Source: a virus
Taxonomy: Duplodnaviria; Heunggongvirae; Uroviricota; Caudoviricetes; Herelleviridae
Reading direction: 5' to 3' (one strand)
Virus record (IMG/VR): IMGVR_UViG_2706796076_000001
DNA length: 64,000 nt
How positions within the stretch are numbered: the first letter of the stretch is position 1; every line of letters begins with the position of its first letter. Below the pieces are notes generated by a model. That model did not search any database. It was given only the letters and a program-made list of their open reading frames with translations, and was not told where the DNA came from. Positions 48,283 to 56,056 of this stretch are shown here, piece after piece. Position numbers and translations under genes: made by a program.

Positions 48283-48957
48283 ATGAAAAAAATTACACAA
48301 GAAGAATTAAACAATAAAATTGAATTGCATAAAGAATGGTTAGAAGATGATAACAAAGGGGAAAAGTTAGAATTAAATGGTTATAACTTAAGAAATTTAG
48401 ATTTAAGTAATTCTGATTTAAGGTACTCTAGTTTAAGTTGTTCTATTTTAAGTAATGTAGATTTAAGTTACTCTGATTTAAGTTTTTCTACTTTAAAAGA
48501 TGCTGATTTAGTAAAGATGGATTTAACAAAGGCTATTATAAGTTTTTCTAATTTAGAAAATATTGACTTAAATAGTGTTAATTTGAAAAATGCTAACTTA
48601 TATGGTGCTAATTTAGATAGTTCTTATTTAAGATGTGTTGATTTTAAAAATGCTAGTTTAAAGAATGCTAATTTAGATAATGCTCATTTAGAAAATTGTA
48701 ATCTAGAAGATGTTAATTTATCTCAAGCTAATACCCGATGTATTGAAGGACTAGAAGTATATTCAATTGACAATATAGGTACATTTGCAGGTAAAGTAAC
48801 GTATTTACCAGAGCAAGATAAAGTATTTGCTGGTTGCTGGAAAGGTAATTTAGAAAAGTTTTTAGAAAAAGGATTAGAAATGAATAAAGATAATGAGAAA
48901 GAAAAAAGGAATATTTTTAATGCTTATCAATTCTTTTTAGGTACTACAATTGATTAA
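48283..48957 (+). CDS. pentapeptide-repeat protein (Qnr/MfpA-like right-handed quadrilateral beta-helix) with C-terminal extra domain
   Basis: About 25 consecutive A(D/N)LxX pentapeptides: NLRNL DLSNS DLRYS SLSCS ILSNV DLSYS DLSFS TLKDA DLVKM DLTKA ... NLKNA NLYGA NLDSS ... The SD is AAAAGGAGAAG. Confidence 0.8.
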   Translation: MKKITQEELNNKIELHKEWLEDDNKGEKLELNGYNLRNLDLSNSDLRYSSLSCSILSNVDLSYSDLSFSTLKDADLVKMDLTKAIISFSNLENIDLNSVNLKNANLYGANLDSSYLRCVDFKNASLKNANLDNAHLENCNLEDVNLSQANTRCIEGLEVYSIDNIGTFAGKVTYLPEQDKVFAGCWKGNLEKFLEKGLEMNKDNEKEKRNIFNAYQFFLGTTID

Positions 48958-49043
48958 GTAGTAAAGCCTTTAAATAAAAGTGTTGACAAAATATAAGTAT
49001 CATGGTATCATTTATATATAAAGTTTAAAGGAGAGATTAAATT

Positions 49044-49388
49044 ATGGAATTTGATAGTATAGACTTAAAAAATTATATTGATAAGTATGGTAGAGTAGAT
49101 GATAAAAAATTATCAAAAACTATTGACTTAGGTAAAGGTTATGAGATACAGTATAAAGAACTAAATATTTTTTCTGGTTATTTACTATTTTGTAAAAATG
49201 GAAAAACTATATTAAAGGTAGACCTTAGTGCTTTAGATAAATTAGAACAACTTAACAAAGATATTGAATTACATTCTAACGTATTTGATTTAATTGATGA
49301 TTTATATGAAGACCTTACTAGAAAAGAAAATGAAGAAAAGAGAAGACAAAGAAGAATTGAATCAAGTGTTAAAGAATTTTTAAGCTAG
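49044..49388 (+). CDS. hypothetical protein (114 aa), paralog family member
   Basis: MEFDSIDLKNYI...VFDLIDDLYE. SD AAAGGAGAGA. Confidence 0.5.
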   Translation: MEFDSIDLKNYIDKYGRVDDKKLSKTIDLGKGYEIQYKELNIFSGYLLFCKNGKTILKVDLSALDKLEQLNKDIELHSNVFDLIDDLYEDLTRKENEEKRRQRRIESSVKEFLS

Positions 49389-49420
49389 ATTAATTCTAAA
49401 GGTGTTTATAGCCTTATATA

Positions 49421-49472
49421 GAAGCGGTATTGTTTCTAGGATTAAATAGTACTAGAAAAGTATTACCGCTTC
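49421..49472 (+). terminator. nested hairpin (GAAGCGGTA...TACCGCTTC with inner TTCTAG..CTAGAA stem); probable terminator/RNA processing structure
   Basis: 9-bp outer stem with a 30-nt loop that itself forms a hairpin. A weak T-tract follows. Confidence 0.4.
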
Positions 49473-49502
49473 ATACAGGCTTTTAAAAACATTAATATAA
49501 GG

Positions 49503-49865
49503 GTGTTAAATAAAAAGGAGATTATACAAATGGATATTGATATTATTGGATTTAAAAATTATATTAAAGAACATGGAAGAAAAAGTTATGTAGGGTATAA
49601 TACTTATTATACTATAACTAATGATGAGTATGGTGTAGAGTGTGTTTTTGATAAAGAAGGAGGTATTGTTACTATATCAAAGGGTAACTATGTTGAAATG
49701 TTTGAATTAAACACACTTAAAGGTAGAAATTTTAAAAAGAAATTAACTAAGTTTGATACTATTTACGAATTAATTGATTTCTATGATGAAAAAAATAAAG
49801 AAAGACTTGAAAAAGAAGAAAAAGAAAAGATTAAATTAAATAAATTTTTTAAAGGTATGAAGTAA
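49503..49865 (+). CDS. hypothetical protein (120 aa), paralog family member
   Basis: ...IYELIDFYDE motif. SD AAAAGGAGA. Confidence 0.5.
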   Translation: MLNKKEIIQMDIDIIGFKNYIKEHGRKSYVGYNTYYTITNDEYGVECVFDKEGGIVTISKGNYVEMFELNTLKGRNFKKKLTKFDTIYELIDFYDEKNKERLEKEEKEKIKLNKFFKGMK

Positions 49866-49889
49866 TGTTTATAATTAAGGAGTGTTTAT

Positions 49890-50090
49890 ATGAGAGAATC
49901 ACTAAAAGAATTAGAAACAGTAGAGTATGTAGTAAAACGTTATTTAGAAGAATTAGGTAAAGGAACATCTTATTCTGATGAAGAATTACCTAACTTCTTA
50001 GATAAAACTTTAAAAGAAAATAGTAGATTGACAGATGAAAAATATGATGAATTATTAAAATTACTTAAAGAAGTTAACAATACTTTATAA
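49890..50090 (+). CDS. hypothetical protein (66 aa)
   Basis: SD TAAGGAGTG. Confidence 0.45.
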   Translation: MRESLKELETVEYVVKRYLEELGKGTSYSDEELPNFLDKTLKENSRLTDEKYDELLKLLKEVNNTL

Positions 50091-50096
50091 TAACAA

Positions 50097-50137
50097 ACCG
50101 CTTCAGATTAAATTCTCGAAGCGGTCTTATTTTTTTA
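50097..50137 (+). terminator. rho-independent terminator (ACCGCTTC-loop-GAAGCGGT + T9)
   Basis: 8-bp stem followed by a T-run. Confidence 0.8.
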
Positions 50138-50208
50138 GGATGAAGACCTTAAAAAATTTAGGATGATACCCCCTTAAAAATTTTTACGATAGGTTGCTTA
50201 AAAATTTC
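50137..50208. repeat. three imperfect ~23-bp direct repeats (AGGATGAnnCC..CTTAAAAATTT)
   Basis: Seen directly. They lie upstream of the promoter at 50275. Confidence 0.5.
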
Positions 50209-50274
50209 AAAAAAGTTTTATTTATAATAAGATAAACTTATATCAAGTAATAAGTAAAAGTTATCATTTTTTAC

Positions 50275-50303
50275 TTGACCTGATATTAAAAGTATGGTAT
50301 AGT
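50275..50303 (+). promoter_or_regulatory. sigma70-like promoter driving an ORF-free structured region
   Basis: TTGACC, a 17-nt spacer, then TGgTATAGT. Confidence 0.5.
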
Positions 50304-50309
50304 ATAAGT

Positions 50310-50670
50310 ACAATAAGATAAAGAGCTGATGAGTATAGGTCATGCATAGGAACCTATAGGAATAGCGACAACGATGTGGTGGTAGTGAGCCACGAGCACC
50401 TGCATAAAACTCACAGGGCGGGTATAAGATATGCAATGCTTATACTTTGTAGGTATAGATACACTATACCTTCTACCATAGTTGGTGATGTCTACCAAGC
50501 AATAAAGGACAGGGAGGACTCTTAGGTTCAATATGAACGGGGTAGTATTAACCTATTAATTTAGGTTGCGTGGATAAGAGTGCGTGTAAAAATATTAACA
50601 AAAATGAAACTAGACCTAGCCTAAACTGAAATATGATTTAGCTCTAGTATTAATATCTTTTTTAATACTA
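50310..50670 (+). ncRNA. candidate structured non-coding RNA (unknown class)
   Basis: About 360 nt with locally elevated GC and many short perfect inverted repeats (GTATAAG/CTTATAC, GGTATAG/CTATACC, GTGAG/CTCAC, GTTCA/TGAAC). There is no plausible ORF; the two minus-strand ORFs on the track here lack SDs. A promoter lies upstream and a T-run at ~50657. Confidence 0.3.
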
Positions 50671-50714
50671 GGGGGTTAATCTACCCACTACCTTCCTGAA
50701 TACTATTATATATT

Positions 50715-50901
50715 CAAGTAGTATTGTCTATATTTTACCTATATAATGTAAGTAGTATTGTATGAATTTTATTCAAATATTCTTATAAATATACATAATT
50801 AGTAAGTAGTATTGTATGAAAAAGGCTAGTTGTTTCAAGTAGTCTGGTGTCTATTTTCCCCTAAAAATAGCAAGTAGTATCGTACGGATTTCCCCTAAAA
50901 A
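50715..50901. repeat. iteron-like array: 5 direct copies of AAGTAGTATTGT(ATGAA) plus 2 copies of TTTCCCCTAAAAA
   Basis: Copies begin at 50716, 50750, 50804, 50837 and 50872. Copies 2 and 3 are identical over 19 bp (GTAAGTAGTATTGTATGAA); copies 4 and 5 are degenerate. TTTCCCCTAAAAA sits at 50855 and 50888. Confidence 0.8.
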
Positions 50902-50940
50902 AGATATAAGATATAGAACATAAAAAGACTAGGGAAAACC

Positions 50941-51141
50941 CTAGTCTAATTGATTATATAATTTTTTTAATTCATTTTCTAGTTTATTAATTTTTTCTAT
51001 ATCATTATTTCTTTTTGCTTTTCTTAATAAACTTTCTTTTATTTTTATTTTTCCACTATTTTTATTTAATTCTTTTTTTAATCCATTTTCTTTTATATTT
51101 TTATTTAATGATTTTCTTTTATCTACTTTAATATGTGTCAT
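50941..51141 (-). CDS. small basic coiled-coil protein (66 aa)
   Basis: K/N/E-rich protein on the minus strand. Confidence 0.4.
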   Translation of the reverse strand: MTHIKVDKRKSLNKNIKENGLKKELNKNSGKIKIKESLLRKAKRNNDIEKINKLENELKKLYNQLD

Positions 51142-51173
51142 TATAATTCATTCCTTTTTAATTAATTTTTTTA

Positions 51174-51395
51174 TTAAATGTTTTTTCTTATAAAGTTATA
51201 AGCTTGTCTGTTTGTCATGTGTTCATAATCACCATCAGGGAATAGAGCAACTAGTTCATCATTCTCAGTAGCAAATTCAATGTTATGAATGATAATCCCT
51301 TTCAATGTGCTCCCACAACCGTCTGGCGTGTTGTATTCTTCAAAATCATAATCATTTCTTTTTAACCAATTTTTTAAATTTTTAACGTTTTTCAT
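51174..51395 (-). CDS. hypothetical protein (73 aa)
   Basis: Minus-strand ORF with a candidate promoter at 51462-51492(-). Confidence 0.45.
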   Translation of the reverse strand: MKNVKNLKNWLKRNDYDFEEYNTPDGCGSTLKGIIIHNIEFATENDELVALFPDGDYEHMTNRQAYNFIRKNI

Positions 51396-51915
51396 TTTTA
51401 ATCAATTCCTTTTTTATATAATATTTGTAGTGGGAATTTGTTTCCCTTGCTTACTACACTTAATATATTACAGCATATTACCGTATTTGTAAATAGAATT
51501 TTAAAAGTTTTAGGGCAATTTTACACTATTTACAAAAGAAAAAAGTGTAAAATTTACCCCTTGACAAATTGGCAAAAATGCCTTAACATAATAATTGGAG
51601 TGGTGGGTGGGTTATAAAAAAAGGGTATTATATAATTTTTTTTATATAATATATTTATTAACTTAAAGATAGTCATCACTTCTATTATATATTAATCTGC
51701 ATTAAAAAGCAATAGTCAATTTTACACCTTATTTCTGTTTATAAATGGATCATGACAGGTACATTATATTTCTATAATTTTTTTATAGAATAATTTTTTT
51801 ATGGTGAGATCTTGTTGTACACAATCTAATTTTATTTTAACCTATTTTCCAGTTTCTTCATATAATAGTAGAAAACAGACCAATAAAAAAATTTAAATAA
51901 ATTCATGTAAATCTA

Positions 51916-51944
51916 TTGATTAATCATAAGATAAATGATAATAT
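51916..51944 (+). promoter_or_regulatory. sigma70-like promoter (TTGATT-17-TAATAT, aTGaTAATAT extended -10)
   Basis: Matches the -10 family consensus of the 52-57 kb cassettes. Confidence 0.45.
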
Positions 51945-51980
51945 ATAATTACAGTAATTCACAGAAAGGAATTGTTAAAA

Positions 51981-52289
51981 ATGTATAAAAATAATATAGA
52001 ATTAATTGCAAATAATATAATGGAAACATTTGGTTATGATGGTTATAAGTCCAAAAACTTATACCGAAACGATTTAGGGGGTACAGGTTGGCATCCAGAA
52101 TTGACTGTACATGTACCTAGTGGCTTATATAGTGAAGATATTACTTTTTATAAAAGAAATAAGCTATTTGGTAAAACGCCTTATGATTACGGAATAGCAC
52201 GGGAATATAAAGGGTTAACTTTCTTTATTGTACAAGGTGGCGTTATCGTTATTGATAACGGGGAAATTGTTTTTGATGAAATAATTTAA
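51981..52289 (+). CDS. hypothetical protein (~103 aa)
   Basis: RBS AAAGGAATTGTTAAAAATG (cassette-type RBS). Confidence 0.5.
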   Translation: MYKNNIELIANNIMETFGYDGYKSKNLYRNDLGGTGWHPELTVHVPSGLYSEDITFYKRNKLFGKTPYDYGIAREYKGLTFFIVQGGVIVIDNGEIVFDEII

Positions 52290-52391
52290 AATTAGGGGTT
52301 GCAATCAAAACCCCTATTTGCTATAATAATACTTGTAAGGGAAAAGGAAACAACAACAAGAAAAAAAAATAAAAAAATTAAAAAAAAGGGG

Positions 52392-52420
52392 TTGACACCT
52401 TATAAGAAACATGTTAATAT
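52392..52420 (+). promoter_or_regulatory. cassette promoter (GGGGTTGACA ... cATGtTAATAT)
   Basis: TTGACA, a 17-nt spacer, then TAATAT. Preceded by the hairpin GGGGTTGCAATCAAAACCCC at 52297 and an A-rich tract. Confidence 0.55.
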
Positions 52421-52491
52421 AAAGATGTAAGGTAATCAAGCACACGGAATAGAAATTTAATAAAAAATATATAGAAAAGGATTTGATTTAA

Positions 52492-52773
52492 ATGAAAAAG
52501 AATTTTAAATATGAAGAAACAGTGACAGTAAATGGAAACGAGATTACAGTGTTCAGAATTGAAAATGATAATAACGGAAACCCTAGATATGTAGTACACT
52601 TTAGCGACCTGGGTATTAGCCTTTGGGATTATGACGATATTAACAAGCTATACGGTTTTAAAAAGTACACTGCTAAATGGTTTGGTGGTGGTGTAGTATT
52701 CCAAAGCTACAACATTGAAGAAACTATCAAATGGGCACTAGAAACAGTTAAAGAAAAAGAAGCGGTTAAATAA
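52492..52773 (+). CDS. hypothetical protein (93 aa)
   Basis: RBS AAAGGATTTGATTTAAATG. Its stop lies in the GAAGCGGT/ACCGCTTC hairpin at 52762-52786. Confidence 0.5.
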   Translation: MKKNFKYEETVTVNGNEITVFRIENDNNGNPRYVVHFSDLGISLWDYDDINKLYGFKKYTAKWFGGGVVFQSYNIEETIKWALETVKEKEAVK

Positions 52774-52822
52774 TACCGCTTCTGAATTAAATAAAAAAAT
52801 TATATAAAAAGGAATTGATATT

Positions 52823-53095
52823 ATGAATAACAAATTAAATGAAATTATTAAAACTGTATTATTTGGAAACAATGAAGAAATAAATAGAATTGCATTAGAT
52901 TATACTGTAACTTTAGATGAATTAAAAAAATTAAATGATTATTTTCAAATTCAAGATAGTGTAGCATTAAATAACGCTATTATGTTAGATACGGAAAAAT
53001 TATATAAAAATTCTGATGTATCTACTATTTTATTCCATAATTATATTATTGAAGTTTTAGAAGATATAAATAATGTTTTAAAAGATGTAAAATAA
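52823..53095 (+). CDS. hypothetical protein (90 aa)
   Basis: RBS AAAGGAATTGATATTATG. Confidence 0.5.
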   Translation: MNNKLNEIIKTVLFGNNEEINRIALDYTVTLDELKKLNDYFQIQDSVALNNAIMLDTEKLYKNSDVSTILFHNYIIEVLEDINNVLKDVK

Positions 53096-53129
53096 ATTAA
53101 ATAAAAAAATTATATTAAATAATATTAAG

Positions 53130-53159
53130 CCTAGGATTAAATTCCTAGGTTTTTTTTTA
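53130..53159 (+). terminator. rho-independent terminator (CCTAGGATTAAATTCCTAGG + T9)
   Basis: Same loop family as 16709 and 61535. Confidence 0.8.
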
Positions 53160-53216
53160 TTTTTTAAATTTATATAAAAAAATTATATAATAAAAATAAG
53201 GGTGTAAAATTGGTAC

Positions 53217-53246
53217 TTGACAATATTATATTAAAAATGCTATAAT
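53217..53246 (+). promoter_or_regulatory. strong sigma70-like promoter (TTGACA-18-TATAAT) driving an ORF-free transcript
   Basis: Consensus -35 and -10 hexamers. Confidence 0.6.
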
Positions 53247-53251
53247 AGAGT

Positions 53252-53445
53252 GGGAAGCTTTTTTTAATATAAAAATAAAATTAAATAACTTTTTTATATA
53301 AAAAGGTTTAGGGCTGGTCTTTTCCCCAACCTATCCGAGGTTTATAGAGGTTATCAGGCTGGGCTCCTCTTTCTTTCTATATATAGAATAACAAATTCTA
53401 CGGTATTTGTAAAGGGGTTTTACAAATTTTTTTTATTTTTTTTCT
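53252..53445 (+). ncRNA. candidate small non-coding RNA
   Basis: No ATG-initiated ORF was found. The GC-richer core is GGGCTGGTCTTTTCCCCAACCTATCCGAGG...CAGGCTGGGCTCCTC. It ends at AAAGGGGTTTTACAAATTTTTTTTATTTTTTTT. Confidence 0.3.
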
Positions 53446-53467
53446 TAAAAAAATTTGCATTTAGGGG

Positions 53468-53497
53468 TTGCAATTGTTTTTAATGTGTAGTAATATA
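53468..53497 (+). promoter_or_regulatory. cassette promoter (GGGGTTGCAA-17-TAATAT) followed by 5' hairpin TTGTAAGGG..CCTTACAA (53502-53535)
   Basis: Seen directly. Confidence 0.45.
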
Positions 53498-53652
53498 ATA
53501 GTTGTAAGGGAAAGCAATAACAAACCTTACAAGAATTATATAAAAAAATTATTAATTAGGGGTTGTTACAAATGATAACACTTTGGTTATGTTGTGAAAT
53601 AAAAATGTATATGGATAGTAAAAAAGAAAAAGAATTAATTTTTTAAAAAGTG

Positions 53653-53686
53653 TTGACAGTTACTTGAAACTATGATATTATATAAT
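53653..53686 (+). promoter_or_regulatory. cassette promoter (TTGACA-17-TATTATATAAT) followed by 5' hairpin (53686-53725)
   Basis: Seen directly. Confidence 0.5.
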
Positions 53687-53770
53687 TGTAAGGTTAAGGA
53701 AGCGGTCAACTGCTTCTAACCTAAAGAAATTAAATAAAAAAATTATAGAATTTGAAGGGAATTGATTTAA

Positions 53771-53902
53771 ATGAAAAAAATTACAACAACTTTAAAATTA
53801 ATCGGTATGAAAAATAATGAAAATTTTGCAGAAGAATTAAAAAACTACCGTCAAGATGTTACATTTTTGAAAGCAAATAAAATTGTAAAATATTCAAAAT
53901 AA
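53771..53902 (+). CDS. hypothetical 43-aa protein (below cutoff)
   Basis: RBS GAAGGGAATTGATTTAAATG. Reads MKKITTTLKLIGMKNNENFAEEL... Confidence 0.45.
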   Translation: MKKITTTLKLIGMKNNENFAEELKNYRQDVTFLKANKIVKYSK

Positions 53903-53905
53903 CTA

Positions 53906-53935
53906 TTGACAACTTAAACACAACATGTTATTATA
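53906..53935 (+). promoter_or_regulatory. cassette promoter (TTGACA-17-TATTAT)
   Basis: The -10 region reads ACATGTTATTAT. Confidence 0.5.
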
Positions 53936-53967
53936 GAGTTAACAAATAAGGAAAGGAATTGTTACAA

Positions 53968-54108
53968 ATGAGAGAATTAGAACTAGAAAGCATTATCGAG
54001 AACTTAGAAATGGAATTGGAATTCCAAGACCTTACTAAGAAAGAAGAAGCGGAAGCAAGAAGAGAGATTAAGAAAGCTAAAAAAGAACTAGAAGAGTTAC
54101 AAAAATAA
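53968..54108 (+). CDS. hypothetical 46-aa coiled-coil protein (below cutoff)
   Basis: RBS GAAAGGAATTGTTACAAATG. The antisense ORF 53931..54131(-) on the track is rejected. Confidence 0.45.
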   Translation: MRELELESIIENLEMELEFQDLTKKEEAEARREIKKAKKELEELQK

Positions 54109-54124
54109 AAATTAAATAAAGGGG

Positions 54125-54155
54125 TTGACAATCAACCCCTACACATGTTATTATT
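54125..54155 (+). promoter_or_regulatory. cassette promoter with -35 embedded in hairpin GGGGTTGACAATCAACCCC
   Basis: Perfect 7-bp stem enclosing TTGACA. TATTAT follows after an 18-nt spacer. Confidence 0.5.
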
Positions 54156-54187
54156 AACTTAACAAATAAAGAAAGGAATTGTTACAA

Positions 54188-54427
54188 ATGAAAGAATATA
54201 AAAACTATATAGCCGACACATACGAAAGAATTAAAGAGCAGGGAACTATAACACCTGATGTTTCTCAATGGTCTAACATTGAAGAATGTGATGACTTGTT
54301 CTATAAAATAAATTTATCATGTTTAAATATTTATGGCACAGGAACAAAAGAAATATCTACTACTCCTAAATGTGTTAAACTTATTCTTAATGATAATAAA
54401 ACAAAATATATAAAAAAAGGAGCTTAA
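54188..54427 (+). CDS. hypothetical protein (~79 aa)
   Basis: RBS GAAAGGAATTGTTACAAATG. Confidence 0.5.
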   Translation: MKEYKNYIADTYERIKEQGTITPDVSQWSNIEECDDLFYKINLSCLNIYGTGTKEISTTPKCVKLILNDNKTKYIKKGA

Positions 54428-54430
54428 AAA

Positions 54431-54577
54431 ATGATTAAATTTAAATATAAAAACAAATCATATAAAAGCACAGAATTAACTGACGCTTTGGTTACCTTAG
54501 TAGGTGGTACAACAGTTATTACTGTTCTTGATTACTTGATTAGTATTCAAGATAGTATAAATATTTTTATCAAATAG
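54431..54577 (+). CDS. hypothetical 48-aa protein (below cutoff)
   Basis: SD AAAAAGGAGC. Hydrophobic middle. Confidence 0.35.
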   Translation: MIKFKYKNKSYKSTELTDALVTLVGGTTVITVLDYLISIQDSINIFIK

Positions 54578-54579
54578 TG

Positions 54580-54609
54580 TTGACAATCTCTTCACTATTT
54601 GATATTATA
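54580..54609 (+). promoter_or_regulatory. cassette promoter followed by 5' hairpin TGTAAGGT-taaggaaaca-ACCTTACA (54612-54637)
   Basis: TTGACA, a 17-nt spacer, then TATTAT. The hairpin is followed by an A-run, not a T-run. Confidence 0.5.
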
Positions 54610-54670
54610 TAGTTGTAAGGTTAAGGAAACACCTTACAGAAAAAAAATAAAAAAAACTTTAAAAAAAGTA

Positions 54671-54700
54671 TTGACAGAAACTAAAGCACATGGTATTATA
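54671..54700 (+). promoter_or_regulatory. cassette promoter (tandem to 54580)
   Basis: TTGACA, a 17-nt spacer, then TATTAT (CATGGTATTAT). Confidence 0.5.
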
Positions 54701-54744
54701 ATTATAGAAAGAAAAACAAAAACAAAGAAAAGGAATTGATTAAA

Positions 54745-55074
54745 ATGAAAAAATACACAGTAGAACAATTAAAAGAAATCGTAAGAGAGGTTAACGCATG
54801 GGATGACAGTTTAGAAGAATTTTACTATAATCCAATGGATGAACTAGACGAGATTTTAGTAGGCATATCAGTTACTGAAATCTTAAGAATGGCACACTTT
54901 GGAGAGTTTGATTGGAATGATGATTATTTCACGATTAACGTTTACGGTAACTTAGACAGCTTAGACAACCTAGACTATAAAGAACTATTAAAAGACAATT
55001 ACAATGAAATTGTAGAACGCTACAACGAACTACTAGAAGACGGGGAAATTGAGCCTATAGAATTTGTAGAATAA
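54745..55074 (+). CDS. hypothetical acidic protein (~109 aa)
   Basis: RBS AAAAGGAATTGATTAAAATG. Confidence 0.5.
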   Translation: MKKYTVEQLKEIVREVNAWDDSLEEFYYNPMDELDEILVGISVTEILRMAHFGEFDWNDDYFTINVYGNLDSLDNLDYKELLKDNYNEIVERYNELLEDGEIEPIEFVE

Positions 55075-55089
55075 ATTTTAAAAAAACTA

Positions 55090-55119
55090 TTGACAGTAAT
55101 TTGAAACTATGATAATATA
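55090..55119 (+). promoter_or_regulatory. cassette promoter followed by 5' hairpin TGTAAGG..CCTTACA (55123-55160)
   Basis: TTGACA, a 17-nt spacer, then TAATAT. Confidence 0.5.
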
Positions 55120-55182
55120 AAGATGTAAGGTTAAGGGAGCGGAAAAATCCCACACCTTACAGAAAAAAATAAAAAAAGGTAT

Positions 55183-55212
55183 TGACACCTTACATAATAC
55201 ATGTTAATATAA
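55183..55212 (+). promoter_or_regulatory. cassette promoter (tandem to 55090)
   Basis: TTGACA, a 17-nt spacer, then TAATAT (ACATGTTAATAT). Confidence 0.5.
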
Positions 55213-55247
55213 ATATAGAAATTAAAACAAGAGAGGAATTGATTACT

Positions 55248-55511
55248 ATGACAAATTTCAAAAATGAATTTTTATCAAACTATAACTTTATGGATATTGA
55301 AAACTTTAACGATGGTAAGGATTTATATGAAGATAAGCCAAACACTGAAAAAGAAGATAAACTAATGGATGAAATTTTTGATTATGTAATTAACAACAAA
55401 TTAATGAATTTAGATAATGAAACAATTTGCTCAGTATTTAATAATGATACAACTTTAAAAATTGAAATTCACAACCCAGATACAGACAAAAAAAGATATT
55501 TAGAAATTTAA
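55248..55511 (+). CDS. hypothetical protein (~87 aa; track ORF from 55182 starts inside the promoter)
   Basis: RBS GAGAGGAATTGATTACTATG. Confidence 0.5.
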   Translation: MTNFKNEFLSNYNFMDIENFNDGKDLYEDKPNTEKEDKLMDEIFDYVINNKLMNLDNETICSVFNNDTTLKIEIHNPDTDKKRYLEI

Positions 55512-55522
55512 AAAAAAACTAT

Positions 55523-55552
55523 TGACAACGTAACTAGAACATGATATTATTA
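55523..55552 (+). promoter_or_regulatory. cassette promoter
   Basis: TTGACA, a 17-nt spacer, then TATTAT (ACATGATATTAT). Confidence 0.5.
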
Positions 55553-55582
55553 AATTAACAAATAAGAAGGGAATTGATTTAA

Positions 55583-56056
55583 ATGACAATAAAAGAATTT
55601 TTACAAAGACAAGAAGAAAGCACAGTAAAAGACGTAGCAAATTACGGAGTACAGTCAGGAGCAATAGGAGAACTTATTTACACAAAAGATGTAGTTAAAT
55701 TTTTTGATAACTACAGACAAGATATTGAAACTGTAGTTATAGATTACTTAGAAAGCGTAACAGGTGTTAAATATTTTAACTTACTAAATTACGAACTAAT
55801 GAACGACTTAGAAAATTATGTAAATGTTGAGTTTCAACATGAAGACACTTACATTGAAATGGAGTACCAAAAAGCTGAAGAAATTGCAAGAAGAGACATT
55901 GAAAATTTTGAAGATATGACAGAAGATGAACAAGACGAAGCTATTACTGAATGTTTAGACCTTGTAGAATTAGACTTACAAGACACAGACAAAGTGCAGT
56001 TTGTTAACTTAGCTGTTGAGATTGTAGCACAAGATATGACAGAAGAAATATATTAG
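55583..56056 (+). CDS. strongly acidic protein (157 aa)
   Basis: RBS GAAGGGAATTGATTTAAATG. Rich in D/E throughout. Confidence 0.5.
   Translation: MTIKEFLQRQEESTVKDVANYGVQSGAIGELIYTKDVVKFFDNYRQDIETVVIDYLESVTGVKYFNLLNYELMNDLENYVNVEFQHEDTYIEMEYQKAEEIARRDIENFEDMTEDEQDEAITECLDLVELDLQDTDKVQFVNLAVEIVAQDMTEEIY

Noticed and set aside
50322-50360. CUGAUGAG motif suggesting a hammerhead ribozyme
   Set aside because: The downstream sequence does not provide the obligatory GAAA and helix III arrangement. The 7-mer is expected several times by chance in 64 kb.
50218-50531. Minus-strand ORFs 50218..50436 and 50340..50531
   Set aside because: They lie in the GC-richer structured segment, lack an SD and have Cys/Tyr/His-rich composition typical of random frames. 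The region is more consistent with non-coding RNA.
53931-54131. Minus-strand ORF 53931..54131 and 56684..56971, 36083..36385, 63215..63436, 63621..63833
   Set aside because: They are antisense to SD-equipped plus- or minus-strand genes. Their Ser/Leu-rich composition mirrors the Glu/Lys-rich sense strand.
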